The position numbers and the translations under genes are program-made. Positions 1 through 8,820 of a DNA stretch of 20,000 nt are shown here, in pieces (position 1 is the first letter of the stretch; every line of letters starts with the position of its first letter). A model generated the notes under the pieces. The model was not told where the DNA came from. It worked only from the letters and a program-made list of their open reading frames with translations, and made no database searches. Source of the stretch: an uncultured virus (IMG/VR IMGVR_UViG_3300044612_002375) (lineage: Duplodnaviria > Heunggongvirae > Uroviricota > Caudoviricetes); the IMG/VR virus record IMGVR_UViG_3300044612_002375; one strand, written 5' to 3'.

Positions 1-2
1 GT

Positions 3-3000
3 ATTTCCAAATCCAACATTTGAAATATCGTTATTTGACTTATATAGTACGGCAAATCCATTTGCTCCAGCAGTAATTTTTATAATTTCACCATCAAAAG
101 TTTTGCTCCAACTTCCAAAAGTTGATTCCGTATCAGTGGATTTCCATGATGGAAGCATTTCTGTTCTTCCCCACACATATACGGTATTTTTATTAGCAAC
201 CATGCTGTAATCAGGCCCACCATCAGCAAAGATAAGCTGAGAATCATCGCTATGTCTAGAAACATTAGTAACTTTCTTTGCAACAAAACTATAGTCGCCA
301 GAAGAAAAATCATTTGCTTTATAATATTCAACATTCCATTGATCAGAAATAGCCTTTACTTCATTTGGAACAAAGGTTGTATATACGGTTCCCGTTGCAG
401 TGCCTTCAGGATCCATGTAAGTGTAACTTCCCCATACTCTCACTTGGTTGTCACTTTGGATTGCAATAGTGTGGTAGTATCCTGCACCAATGTTTGTAAA
501 TATTGGAATCTCTGACAATGGATTTGTTGGATCCATTAATATGCATCTTTTATCTGCTGGTGGATCTTCATTAGTATTTGGGTATTCACACCAATAGTTT
601 AAATTAATATATGTTATACCATTTAATTCAACTTTGAGTAATCCTGCATTGACTGGATCTATTGCAACATCATATTCAATATCAGAAACATATGCTGGCT
701 TAGCCGCATGAGTTGTTAAATAATTTTTACCAAGAAAATTTGTATTGGTTTGATCTCCATATTTTTTCTGACCATATACATTATTTCCAGTTGTGTATAG
801 AAGTCCATATGAAGTAATTGCGGATGTATGTTTAGAACCATTTGCAACATCTGACCATCTATGGGTTTTATTCATCAAGGCATTATCGCCTATATTGAAG
901 CGAGCATTATCGCAGCCCTTATCTCCCCATGCTTTTAATTTATATTGCTGTAGGGGTGCATCTGGATCTGGCTCTGGTGGGCGACTTCCGGCTCCACAAA
1001 CATCACCACCATTATCACCCTCACACGTTCCAACAGGAGGACATGGACTATAATCAAAAAATTCAGGATATTCTATAAGAGCAATTTCAAAGTCTATACC
1101 TTTACCACCTAATTTTTTAACAATTCCAAGTTGAGTACTATTATTTTGACTTTCATCGGCAATACGAGCCTTAATGTCTTCTGGAATATTTGTTAATCCA
1201 TTATTTGAATAACCAGATGCTACAATTTTTCCATTATATGTAATGAAATAATTTGTATTTAATCCAGTATATACGTTTACGATAGATTTAACAAGCCATT
1301 TTGTGGTATCATTATTATTTCCAGCCGGTGTCAATAGTCCCGGAACAACACTTTGATTATAATTAAATCCAGAACAACTATTGTTTTTGCATCCCCATGC
1401 AGCCACATTATTGGATTCCAGATAGACTGGAAGTGTTGCCCTGCGTGGAAAAAGGAACATATCATCCTGATCACCAGCACCAGTATAATTTGAAAGTAAT
1501 TTTTGTTTAATAATTTTTGGAGTTACGGTACCTGTTACTGGTTGCACTCCCAAGAATTCTACTAAATTAATATATCCAGAACTACCTCCTACAACTGCAG
1601 ACACATAGGGATTTAAAACAAGTTCTCCATCATTATCAAAACTTGCTGATTGAATTATTTGAGTAGTTTCAGCTGCTATATCAATAGCATGATCTTTTAC
1701 TCTGAGTATTCCGGCTACAACCATTCCTTCCAGTGATTCAATAACATAATTGTAATCATCAATTAAAATTGTATCACCGATCTTAATTGGTGTACAACTA
1801 TTAGCAGATGACTGTGATGGATTTTCAGATAAACTATAAAAATAATTGTAGTATGCTTTTAAAAATCTTTCGGGATCAAAATATGAACCAGCAACAACAT
1901 AACTGTTGTTTACACAATAATCTTTAAATGCATACAAATCAAAATGGAATAATGGTATTTGTGATCCAACATACATGAAACGTCTTGGTGTTGTTCTCAT
2001 CAAAGACCATCTCATTGCCTCTTCGGGATGATATTTAAATTTAGCTGCAACACCATCGTTTGAAGAACCTACTGAGTTAATGTAGCCAGAATAGGGTCTT
2101 TCATATGGAGTCACCAAAACATTTGCATGATTTAAATTGGGAACTAAATCAGGATGTATTGAACCTACATCAGATCTATGGGCCCACGATTCAAAATGAT
2201 GTTCTAATGTGATATAGCCTACCAAGGCATCACGTAATTTTGTTTGTTTGCCTGTAATTTCTCTATATTTTATAATATATTCAGTTACACCACCCGGTCT
2301 TGAATTATTTAAAAGTTGATATGCTGAATATGATGGACCTAAATCTTTAAATTGATTAGAAGTACCAAATGTCCATATATCAAATCCAGATTTGTAAGAT
2401 CCATAATTTTTATCTCCTATCAAAGCCAATCTCTGAAGATATGGAGAAATGCCATATTGGTAGCATGAAGTTCTATATTGTGGGTTAAATGTAATGTCTT
2501 CGGATGATACACATCCTGTCCCCGATGCACCTTTTGTACTTGCAATATATTTTTGACTAGCAAAAGGATACGAAGACGCACGAATTCTATCATCAACAGA
2601 ACTTGTTGAATCCAATTTATCCGGAGATGCGCACCAGCAACATCCTGCTTCAGATATTTTCATGGGAACTGAGAAGGGATTCATGAAAGGCAAATAACCA
2701 TAGTTATTTACTCTTGTAGACATATTTTGTTTTTTAAATACTGTATCTGATATACCACCTTTTAGATGTGCAAATTTACGGCAATGACAAGGACGTGATG
2801 GCCAAAACCAAACACTATACCGGTCAGCAGCTGCGCATGATGGATCGTATAATTCTGAAGACTGACTACCAACTTCATTACCAAATGGATTTAAAGCTGG
2901 ATAGCATGTTTCCGTTGCTGGTTGTCCACCACCAAAAGCTCTTCTATTAAATCCTTGACACTGTGGAACACTTGGGTCACCTCCAAATGCAAATTCAGGC

Positions 3001-3749
3001 GGATACCAAATAAAATGGCATCCTGTATGACGGTACATGATATCAAGCGGTTCTGTTTTTTCTACTCCCAGTCCTGCCATGCATTGTTTACACGCATCTG
3101 GGTCTGGTGGGTTACATGGTTGTCCGGGACAACCTGTATTAGTGCCCCCACCGCCACCACCACCGCCGCCCCCTCCACCACCACCGCCTCCTCCACCATC
3201 ATCGCCTCCACCATTACAAGTAGGATAACAAGATTGACAGAACTGAGCGCACGGACTATTGGCAAAGTCTGGATCTTCTGCACAGTATCCACCACCTGGA
3301 TTGCAACCATCTTGATTTGAGTCTGGACATAATAGTCGTATCAAATTAATACATTGTTGAGCATCATTTATATTCCCGAGACCAGATATAATTCCTCTCG
3401 ATCTTAAGTAGTCAATGCATTCGTCTCCCATTAATTCAAAACAATTAACGTCAAGAATTCTATTTGGAGGTGGTACTGGTAAATCTGCCCCATATTGTTC
3501 ATCACATAGATTTGTACAAGCAGAACTACATTCCGCACACTTTGTTTTAGCTATTTCAGAGCAACCAACTCCATATTGTTCATAACAATTATTACTTTTA
3601 TCATTTTTAAACATACAATCGCAACATTCTTGTGGATATATGTCTGAACATTTCTGTAAATTATCATTATACAGATTTTTTTGATAAGTTACTGTTGGTG
3701 AAATGTCTTTCGACAAATACGCATTGTTATTTGAAAATATAAATTTCAT
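3..3749 (-). CDS. Large (>=1249 aa, runs off the window) Cys-rich protein with poly-Gly linker and C-terminal RCC1/BLIP-II-like repeats; probable virion (tail/adhesin) protein
   Basis: Read manually: ATG at 3749 (MKFIFSNNNAYLSKDIS...), no in-frame stop down to position 3. The N-terminus is Cys-dense (CCDC, CAECSSACTNLC), with a Gly run at ~3144-3213. Repeats WSDVANGSKHTSAITSYGLLYTTGNNVYGQ, FTNIGAGYYHTIAIQSDNQVRVWG, ADGGPDYSMVANKNTVYVWG and IIKITAGANGFAVLY match the RCC1 blade pattern. Absent from the ORF track because it lacks a stop in the window. Confidence 0.85.
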   Translation of the reverse strand, partial: MKFIFSNNNAYLSKDISPTVTYQKNLYNDNLQKCSDIYPQECCDCMFKNDKSNNCYEQYGVGCSEIAKTKCAECSSACTNLCDEQYGADLPVPPPNRILDVNCFELMGDECIDYLRSRGIISGLGNINDAQQCINLIRLLCPDSNQDGCNPGGGYCAEDPDFANSPCAQFCQSCYPTCNGGGDDGGGGGGGGGGGGGGGGGGTNTGCPGQPCNPPDPDACKQCMAGLGVEKTEPLDIMYRHTGCHFIWYPPEFAFGGDPSVPQCQGFNRRAFGGGQPATETCYPALNPFGNEVGSQSSELYDPSCAAADRYSVWFWPSRPCHCRKFAHLKGGISDTVFKKQNMSTRVNNYGYLPFMNPFSVPMKISEAGCCWCASPDKLDSTSSVDDRIRASSYPFASQKYIASTKGASGTGCVSSEDITFNPQYRTSCYQYGISPYLQRLALIGDKNYGSYKSGFDIWTFGTSNQFKDLGPSYSAYQLLNNSRPGGVTEYIIKYREITGKQTKLRDALVGYITLEHHFESWAHRSDVGSIHPDLVPNLNHANVLVTPYERPYSGYINSVGSSNDGVAAKFKYHPEEAMRWSLMRTTPRRFMYVGSQIPLFHFDLYAFKDYCVNNSYVVAGSYFDPERFLKAYYNYFYSLSENPSQSSANSCTPIKIGDTILIDDYNYVIESLEGMVVAGILRVKDHAIDIAAETTQIIQSASFDNDGELVLNPYVSAVVGGSSGYINLVEFLGVQPVTGTVTPKIIKQKLLSNYTGAGDQDDMFLFPRRATLPVYLESNNVAAWGCKNNSCSGFNYNQSVVPGLLTPAGNNNDTTKWLVKSIVNVYTGLNTNYFITYNGKIVASGYSNNGLTNIPEDIKARIADESQNNSTQLGIVKKLGGKGIDFEIALIEYPEFFDYSPCPPVGTCEGDNGGDVCGAGSRPPEPDPDAPLQQYKLKAWGDKGCDNARFNIGDNALMNKTHRWSDVANGSKHTSAITSYGLLYTTGNNVYGQKKYGDQTNTNFLGKNYLTTHAAKPAYVSDIEYDVAIDPVNAGLLKVELNGITYINLNYWCEYPNTNEDPPADKRCILMDPTNPLSEIPIFTNIGAGYYHTIAIQSDNQVRVWGSYTYMDPEGTATGTVYTTFVPNEVKAISDQWNVEYYKANDFSSGDYSFVAKKVTNVSRHSDDSQLIFADGGPDYSMVANKNTVYVWGRTEMLPSWKSTDTESTFGSWSKTFDGEIIKITAGANGFAVLYKSNNDISNVGFGN
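3144..3213 (-). repeat. GGN-codon low-complexity tract encoding a poly-Gly linker
   Basis: ccaccgccaccaccaccgccgccccctccaccaccaccgcctcctccacc on +, reads GGGDDGGGG...GGG in the large minus-strand ORF. Confidence 0.85.
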
Positions 3750-3778
3750 TTTATCAACAATCTAATAATTAAAATAAA

Positions 3779-4012
3779 TTAACCGTCACAGCAATTTGCA
3801 CAAGGATTAGTTCCGCTTCTTGGTGGATTAAAAATAATTCTTGGAAGTCTTTGTGTTCCTGGTCTGTTCATTCGCAATACCAAAATATCACTGGGATCTA
3901 CAGGTGCAGTTGTCAACATGGTATTTCCATACAATGTAATAAAATTTTCATACAATGTTGGATTGCAGCAGGAACGTTTGGCGACACATTGACAACAGGC
4001 TTTTTTAGGCAT
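3779..4012 (-). CDS. Small Cys-rich protein (77 aa), late gene
   Basis: MPKKACCQC...SCC...CANCCDG; perfect TATAAATA 17 nt upstream. Confidence 0.7.
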   Translation of the reverse strand: MPKKACCQCVAKRSCCNPTLYENFITLYGNTMLTTAPVDPSDILVLRMNRPGTQRLPRIIFNPPRSGTNPCANCCDG

Positions 4013-4029
4013 ATGAAGATCTCACACTA

Positions 4030-4037
4030 TATTTATA
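4030..4037 (-). promoter_or_regulatory. T4-type late promoter TATAAATA
   Basis: tatttata on + is an exact match to the gp55 consensus; lies just downstream of the terminator and upstream of the ORF at 4012. Confidence 0.75.
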
Positions 4038-4045
4038 CGCAAATA

Positions 4046-4076
4046 CAACAAAAGCTCCTAAAAGGAGCTTTTGTTG
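4046..4076. terminator. Intrinsic terminator (for the HTH gene; potentially bidirectional)
   Basis: caacaaaagctcct-aaa-aggagcttttgttg, perfect 14-bp inverted repeat with T-rich tails on both strands. Confidence 0.8.
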
Positions 4077-4095
4077 CTACAAACTTTACTAAAAT

Positions 4096-4332
4096 TTAAC
4101 GAGACCGATTACGGACTACACGGTAGTACGAACGACCATTCTTTGTCTCACGAACTACGGTGTAGTTCATGTCAAAGCGATCAAAAGCCTCACGGAGATC
4201 ATGCATCGTTGCGCGCATATTAGTAACGCGGAAACGCTTGCGAGCCTCGCCAGCAGTCAAAGACGCACCGCTGCGCATAAAATCAAACACTCTCTGAATC
4301 TTGGTCGGACGATCAACAGTAGTAATTTCCAT
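4096..4332 (-). CDS. Small basic winged helix-turn-helix DNA-binding protein (78 aa)
   Basis: Start revised to ATG 4332 (SD AAAGGA upstream). KIQRVFDFMRSGASLTAGEARKRFRVTNMRATMHDLR...YTVV...GRSYYRV is a wHTH pattern. Confidence 0.7.
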   Translation of the reverse strand: MEITTVDRPTKIQRVFDFMRSGASLTAGEARKRFRVTNMRATMHDLREAFDRFDMNYTVVRETKNGRSYYRVVRNRSR

Positions 4333-4362
4333 AAACTTTCCTTTCTTATAAGAAGTTGCAAT

Positions 4363-4390
4363 AATATACACCCCATATCCTAACTGTCAA
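4363..4390 (-). promoter_or_regulatory. Sigma70-type early promoter TTGACA-N16-TATATT
   Basis: Reverse complement TTGACA gttaggatatggggtg TATATT upstream of the HTH gene. Confidence 0.65.
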
Positions 4391-4397
4391 GCAATTC

Positions 4398-4405
4398 CCT
4401 AAATA
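4398..4405 (+). promoter_or_regulatory. Late-type promoter CCTAAATA
   Basis: TAAATA core upstream of SD AAGGAGG and ATG 4427. Confidence 0.5.
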
Positions 4406-4426
4406 ATTCTGACTGAAGGAGGCCCT

Positions 4427-5026
4427 ATGGCTCAGAGCAATCGTCAGTTCGTAAAATTTGTGAGGCAACATCTCGCAGAATACGGTATGAAACTTATTAT
4501 TGGCCGTGGAAAGCATGTAAATGTAGATGGTTTCCGTTGTTCTGGCTATTTTGATGAATCTGGCAAGGCTATTGCCGTTGCGGGCAAAGCAAATGAATTT
4601 ATGCAGGTTTTGGTACATGAATATTGTCATTTTTTGCAATATATAAACAGCTCTAAAATTTATAACAAATCTTATGAGGCATCAACCATTGTTGATGCGT
4701 GGTTAAAAGGCAAAAATTATCCTCTTAAAAAGGTAAAACGGGCTTTTTTCATTGTACGAGCCATGGAGAGAGACTGCGAAAGACGAGCTATGAAGATCAT
4801 CAAGGACTTCAACCTAGCCATTAACAGCAAAATGTACGCAAAACGAGCCCATGTGTACATCTACAGCCACTTTTTAATGGAAAAAACTCGTAAATTTCAC
4901 TCATACAAGCGAAATCCATACTATAGCAAGTATGTTTTAAAGATTATGCCATCAAATATGGCTGTTTTGAGCCACAAAACAATCCCACCGAAGGTTTATT
5001 CGGTGTTAGAATCGTTTACAATTTGA
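4427..5026 (+). CDS. Zincin-type metallopeptidase-like protein (HEXXH, ImmA/IrrE-like)
   Basis: VLVHEYCHFLQ plus downstream MERDCERRA (third ligand E); strong SD AAGGAGG. Confidence 0.7.
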   Translation: MAQSNRQFVKFVRQHLAEYGMKLIIGRGKHVNVDGFRCSGYFDESGKAIAVAGKANEFMQVLVHEYCHFLQYINSSKIYNKSYEASTIVDAWLKGKNYPLKKVKRAFFIVRAMERDCERRAMKIIKDFNLAINSKMYAKRAHVYIYSHFLMEKTRKFHSYKRNPYYSKYVLKIMPSNMAVLSHKTIPPKVYSVLESFTI

Positions 5027-5361
5027 GATTTTAAATATTTTGATACAAATTTTGTAAATGGTTGTTTGCCATAGGGCCATCTATCATCTTTATCCATAAA
5101 TCCATAGTGCACCAAGTCATCTATGTACTCTTCAAGCATTTTTAAAGTTACATCATCAATATTCCATTTGATGTTGTCGTCTTCATTTACTGCTGGATTT
5201 TCAGCAGCATTATGTTCTGCGACAGCAAGGTCGGATATCTTTGCAAGGTTGCCAAGAATTTCCATTGATTTGGCGCATTGATAAAAAAGATCCTTTTTGA
5301 TTGGATCTTCTTCTTTGCGAGCCAAGTTGCGAATTTCGTAAACTAGCTCTGGGATTTTCAT
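4996..5361 (-). CDS. Hypothetical protein (121 aa)
   Basis: SD AAGGAG upstream; follows the ferritin-like gene in the operon. Confidence 0.75.
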   Translation of the reverse strand: MKIPELVYEIRNLARKEEDPIKKDLFYQCAKSMEILGNLAKISDLAVAEHNAAENPAVNEDDNIKWNIDDVTLKMLEEYIDDLVHYGFMDKDDRWPYGKQPFTKFVSKYLKSQIVNDSNTE

Positions 5362-5371
5362 CTGTAACTCC

Positions 5372-5734
5372 TTAACTTAACGTTAGGAGATACTTGGTTT
5401 GTTGTACGACTCCAAGCATCTCATCACGTATATTTAACAGTTCTGTTTGCGAGTCATCTATTTCTTTTGGAAGTTCATTCATCAAATAATCTTCAAAAGA
5501 ATTCAATACTTGATTTGCAGATGTGCGATAAGGACCATTTAGTTGAAGTTCACTAATTTGTTTTAGTTCTTCCTTGCCTAGAGCACCCATATAGGTCTCA
5601 GCAAAGGTGTCCAAAAGAGCATCAATAGACTCATAAGCCTTTCCTAGGGCTTTGTGTGCAGCATAGGATTTAGTACCCCAGTGATGAAGTCTAAGTTCAT
5701 TTTGAAAATTTAAAATGGTTTTGATGATGGACAT
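5372..5734 (-). CDS. Ferritin/Dps-like four-helix protein (DUF5856-like, common in T4-like phages)
   Basis: LHHWGTKSYAAHKALG..Y..I...D.FAETYMG and LLNIRDEM...QTKYLLTL. Confidence 0.75.
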   Translation of the reverse strand: MSIIKTILNFQNELRLHHWGTKSYAAHKALGKAYESIDALLDTFAETYMGALGKEELKQISELQLNGPYRTSANQVLNSFEDYLMNELPKEIDDSQTELLNIRDEMLGVVQQTKYLLTLS

Positions 5735-5741
5735 AGTATAA

Positions 5742-5749
5742 TATTTATA
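5742..5749 (-). promoter_or_regulatory. T4-type late promoter TATAAATA
   Basis: Exact consensus 7 nt upstream of ATG 5734. Confidence 0.7.
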
Positions 5750-5951
5750 AACGATGTGCTTGTTTGAATACTATAAAGTCTTCTGGCACATCTTCCTTAT
5801 TTTTGTTTGCTCTTTGTTTTGCTTTTTTGTATTCCACATCTGTAAGTAGAAGAGGGGTGACTTCTCCCTCCGAATCAACGTGTGCTACAAAATAATAACT
5901 GGCATTTTCATTTGGTTTACGATTGAGATTTTTAATTTTTTTCTTGGCCAT
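5745..5951 (-). CDS. Hypothetical basic protein (68 aa)
   Basis: Start revised to ATG 5951, overlapping the upstream stop (TAATG coupling). Confidence 0.7.
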   Translation of the reverse strand: MAKKKIKNLNRKPNENASYYFVAHVDSEGEVTPLLLTDVEYKKAKQRANKNKEDVPEDFIVFKQAHRL

Positions 5952-6232
5952 TACATTTCTACCCAAGAATAACCGTTTCCATCATAATAGTAAACATACA
6001 TTCGGCCATTTGTAACCCAAAACTGACCTTTGACAGGATTTATTGGTATACTGTCTGAAATATAAGTTTCAGTAGTACCTGTAAATTCCCAAGGATTGTT
6101 TGTTTCCCATGGAGCACTGTTTGTATTAGACTGTGCTTTCCAAAGTTTTCCTTGATATAAAACATAATCTCCTGCTGAATATACGTTCAGAGTTCCATCA
6201 GCAGAGAATTTTTTATATTCACCACGATACAT
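5951..6232 (-). CDS. Small protein with CBM5/12-like carbohydrate-binding module and tail-fibre-associated motif
   Basis: YSAGDYVLYQGKLWKA...PW...W (CBM5/12 pattern); P.NP..GQFW...GRMYVYY.DG...WVE. Confidence 0.6.
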   Translation of the reverse strand: MYRGEYKKFSADGTLNVYSAGDYVLYQGKLWKAQSNTNSAPWETNNPWEFTGTTETYISDSIPINPVKGQFWVTNGRMYVYYYDGNGYSWVEM

Positions 6233-6234
6233 TA

Positions 6235-6879
6235 TTAAGCAACCGCATAATCGACTGTAATTGTGCCTAAAACTTTTCCTGTTGTAGTATTAGTAACAAT
6301 CAATGATCCAGTACCAGATGAAGATGCAGCGCATGTAATACCTACAGCCAAAGTTTCATTGGCAGTAATTGTAAACGGTGAACCATAGGTGGCTAAACCT
6401 ACTGATCCACTTGCAATATTATTTTTTGCATACAGGAGTGTTGGCGCAGCTCCGGTTCCTGTAATTGTAGATGTTAAAGATATAGTAATGGTAGGAATAC
6501 CTTCTACAAATATAAATTGCACTCTATTGGTAGTTGCACTTGGTAATAATTGAGGACCTGAAGAAGATGCAAATCTATTTTGAATAACAGTAATTTGAGG
6601 CGAACTTAAATTTCCCCAAGTTGCAGGAGAAAGAGTAAGAGCATCATAAAGATTTGCTACACCGGTTTCATTGGTAACATCATAATCCATCATAGCAAAC
6701 TGGTCTTGAAATGCTATGTTTGACATTACCATTCCGTTGTTTGTGTTAACCCACATTTGTAGGTTATCATCCCAAGTAAATGGTCCCATTGGTGTGGTAA
6801 TATTTTTTTGACTAGACCCCGATGATATTTGACCGGTCATCGAAGTAAAAAAGTTATTCATTGTATTTTTTACGCCCAT
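6235..6879 (-). CDS. Hypothetical Thr/Ser/Gly-rich beta protein, probably structural
   Basis: 214-aa ORF, SD AAGGA, beta-rich C-terminal half. Confidence 0.75.
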   Translation of the reverse strand: MGVKNTMNNFFTSMTGQISSGSSQKNITTPMGPFTWDDNLQMWVNTNNGMVMSNIAFQDQFAMMDYDVTNETGVANLYDALTLSPATWGNLSSPQITVIQNRFASSSGPQLLPSATTNRVQFIFVEGIPTITISLTSTITGTGAAPTLLYAKNNIASGSVGLATYGSPFTITANETLAVGITCAASSSGTGSLIVTNTTTGKVLGTITVDYAVA

Positions 6880-6893
6880 AGTGTTCCTTATAA

Positions 6894-7253
6894 TTATTTA
6901 GATAATTTAAATAACTTTTTAAGTTTGTCAAAAAAAGATTGATTTAACTTATTATTAACTATAGTTAAACTATTTTCCAATATTTTAATATTTTCATTAA
7001 TTTTATTAACTTCTGTTATTAATTCTTGAATTTGTTTATTATTAATCTTATCAGTTTCTTTAACTTCATTTAACTGATATATTACATCATTAATTACATT
7101 TTTTGTGTTAATAAACTCATCTGTTAATCTTTGAACATGCAAATAAAATGAATCATTTACTTGTTTTTTAGTAAATGATTCATTAATAAACACTGGATTT
7201 GTTTCAGAATTTATAGAATTAAAAAATGAATTCATTGTTTCTTTTGCGCCCAT
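6894..7253 (-). CDS. Hypothetical coiled-coil protein, very AT-rich
   Basis: 119-aa ORF, SD GAGGT, heptad pattern IQELITEVNKINENIKILENSL. Confidence 0.65.
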   Translation of the reverse strand: MGAKETMNSFFNSINSETNPVFINESFTKKQVNDSFYLHVQRLTDEFINTKNVINDVIYQLNEVKETDKINNKQIQELITEVNKINENIKILENSLTIVNNKLNQSFFDKLKKLFKLSK

Positions 7254-7259
7254 ATTACC

Positions 7260-7637
7260 TCATTTATTACAAACTATACCATCATCATTAGTATAATAGA
7301 TTTGATGAAATATTTCTCCACACCACTTATCACAAACGGGACATGGTTTAGAATTTCTAAAATTTCCAAATCTATTGAATCTAAAATTCAACAAAACCAA
7401 TTTTTCTCCACGGAGACTCTTTGGAACTTTTCTATATGCATCCAACTCGGAGTGCATATCTGCGCATCTATATCCCAAACGCACAGTATCGGGGTGGGTC
7501 TTAAAAACATTTTGACCCACCGCGATAATCTTGCGCTTATAGATGATCAAAGATATGTGCTTCTTTTGTCTTTCCATTGCCATTGACAGTGGCTTGGCAA
7601 TCGGAAGATAATTTTCAATCACATGATCTATATTCAT
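7260..7637 (-). CDS. Cytidine/deoxycytidylate deaminase family protein
   Basis: Zn-deaminase motifs HSE and KPCPVC, plus IIAVGQN..KTHP. Confidence 0.8.
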   Translation of the reverse strand: MNIDHVIENYLPIAKPLSMAMERQKKHISLIIYKRKIIAVGQNVFKTHPDTVRLGYRCADMHSELDAYRKVPKSLRGEKLVLLNFRFNRFGNFRNSKPCPVCDKWCGEIFHQIYYTNDDGIVCNK

Positions 7638-7640
7638 ATT

Positions 7641-7949
7641 TTACAACGTCAGCTTCAGTCCACCCGTCTTATCAACGGTCTTGGACGGAGTAACGAGTCC
7701 TTTATTGAGACTGGAATCATACTGAGTCTTGAGTTCATCAAGAGGCTCAACAGTAAAAGCAATGAAGGTCTTGGGAATAGTTACACCCTTAGCAGCCTTG
7801 CTATACATAAGCCAAGGCATTAGACCAATATTACCTTCACCAACTGGGATAAGAATTGCGGGATCCTTGAGGAGCCAAGAATCTGTTTGCTCTTCAAATC
7901 TTGCGAGAATTTCTTCACCCGAGTTTAGTCTAAATAGTTTTACGTTCAT
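7641..7949 (-). CDS. Conserved T4-like phage protein, Sm-like fold
   Basis: MNVKLFRLNSGEEILA...LKDPAILIP...GLMPWL pattern; SD AAAGGA. Confidence 0.65.
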   Translation of the reverse strand: MNVKLFRLNSGEEILARFEEQTDSWLLKDPAILIPVGEGNIGLMPWLMYSKAAKGVTIPKTFIAFTVEPLDELKTQYDSSLNKGLVTPSKTVDKTGGLKLTL

Positions 7950-7965
7950 AAATTTCCTTTGTCAC

Positions 7966-7993
7966 ATTATAGCACTCAGACAGAGAAAGTCAA
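7966..7993 (-). promoter_or_regulatory. Sigma70-type early promoter TTGACT-N16-TATAAT (extended -10 TG)
   Basis: Reverse complement TTGACT ttctctgtctgagtgc TATAAT. Confidence 0.75.
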
Positions 7994-8001
7994 AATAAAA
8001 C

Positions 8002-8820
8002 ATGATGCGATTTAGAGAATTTTTGCTGGAAGCACCAGCCCCACCAAACATTAAAGAACTACAAGATTATGTTTATGGAAAAGAGGCTGGAGGAAATGAA
8101 GATGTCGTATTGGGTCTACATGGTGGACCCAATGATCCAACAATTGGATTTGGTCACAGTCTACAAGATATAAAACAATCTAAAGAAAAATTTAATAGAC
8201 TCTTTCCGGGGCTTAACGCAGATGATGTTTTTTCTGGAAAATCCAAAATAACACGAGAACAAGCTCAAACTTTATATGATGATGATACAAATGATCAAAT
8301 TAAAAAATTAAGAAAAAGTATTCTAAATTTCGATGATTATACACCAGAAGCACAAAAAGGTTTATACTCTTCTTCTTTTAGAGGAGTACTTGGTGGATCA
8401 CCCAAAGCAGTTTCATTATTAAATGCAGGAAAATATGATGAAGCAGCCGATGAACTTTTAAATAATGATGAGTATAGAAAATCAAAAGCAGGCATACCAA
8501 TAAAAGGTAGACTGCTTCCCGGTGTTGCAAAAAGAATGGAAGAAGAAAGTGGTTTTATAAGAGGCGAAGCAGAAAGAAGAAAAAAAGTATCTGCTCCTAC
8601 AACTAATCCAACTCAAGTGCCAACCACTACACCAGTAGTTAAAGAAACTGTACCACAAACACCACCAGTATCGGATAATGAATATACAATTCAAAGTGGA
8701 GAAACCTTATGGAAATTAACCAAAGGTGACCCAGCTAAAATTAAACAAATTCAAACAGCCAATCCTGGTTTAGATCCAAACAAATTAAGTGTTGGACAAA
8801 AAATTAAAATTCCTCGTTAA
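8002..8820 (+). CDS. Lysozyme-fold (GH24-like) protein with Pro/Thr linker and C-terminal LysM domain
   Basis: E...PTIGFGH, ITREQA..L, LNAGKYDEAADELL; LysM YTIQSGETLWKL...I..ANPGLDPNKLSVGQKIKIP; N-terminus MRFREFLLE. Confidence 0.8.
   Translation: MMRFREFLLEAPAPPNIKELQDYVYGKEAGGNEDVVLGLHGGPNDPTIGFGHSLQDIKQSKEKFNRLFPGLNADDVFSGKSKITREQAQTLYDDDTNDQIKKLRKSILNFDDYTPEAQKGLYSSSFRGVLGGSPKAVSLLNAGKYDEAADELLNNDEYRKSKAGIPIKGRLLPGVAKRMEEESGFIRGEAERRKKVSAPTTNPTQVPTTTPVVKETVPQTPPVSDNEYTIQSGETLWKLTKGDPAKIKQIQTANPGLDPNKLSVGQKIKIPR

Noticed and set aside
80..3320. Short track ORFs including the poly-Pro ORF 3037-3228
   Set aside because: All are shadows of the long minus-strand ORF; poly-Pro is the antisense of the Gly linker.
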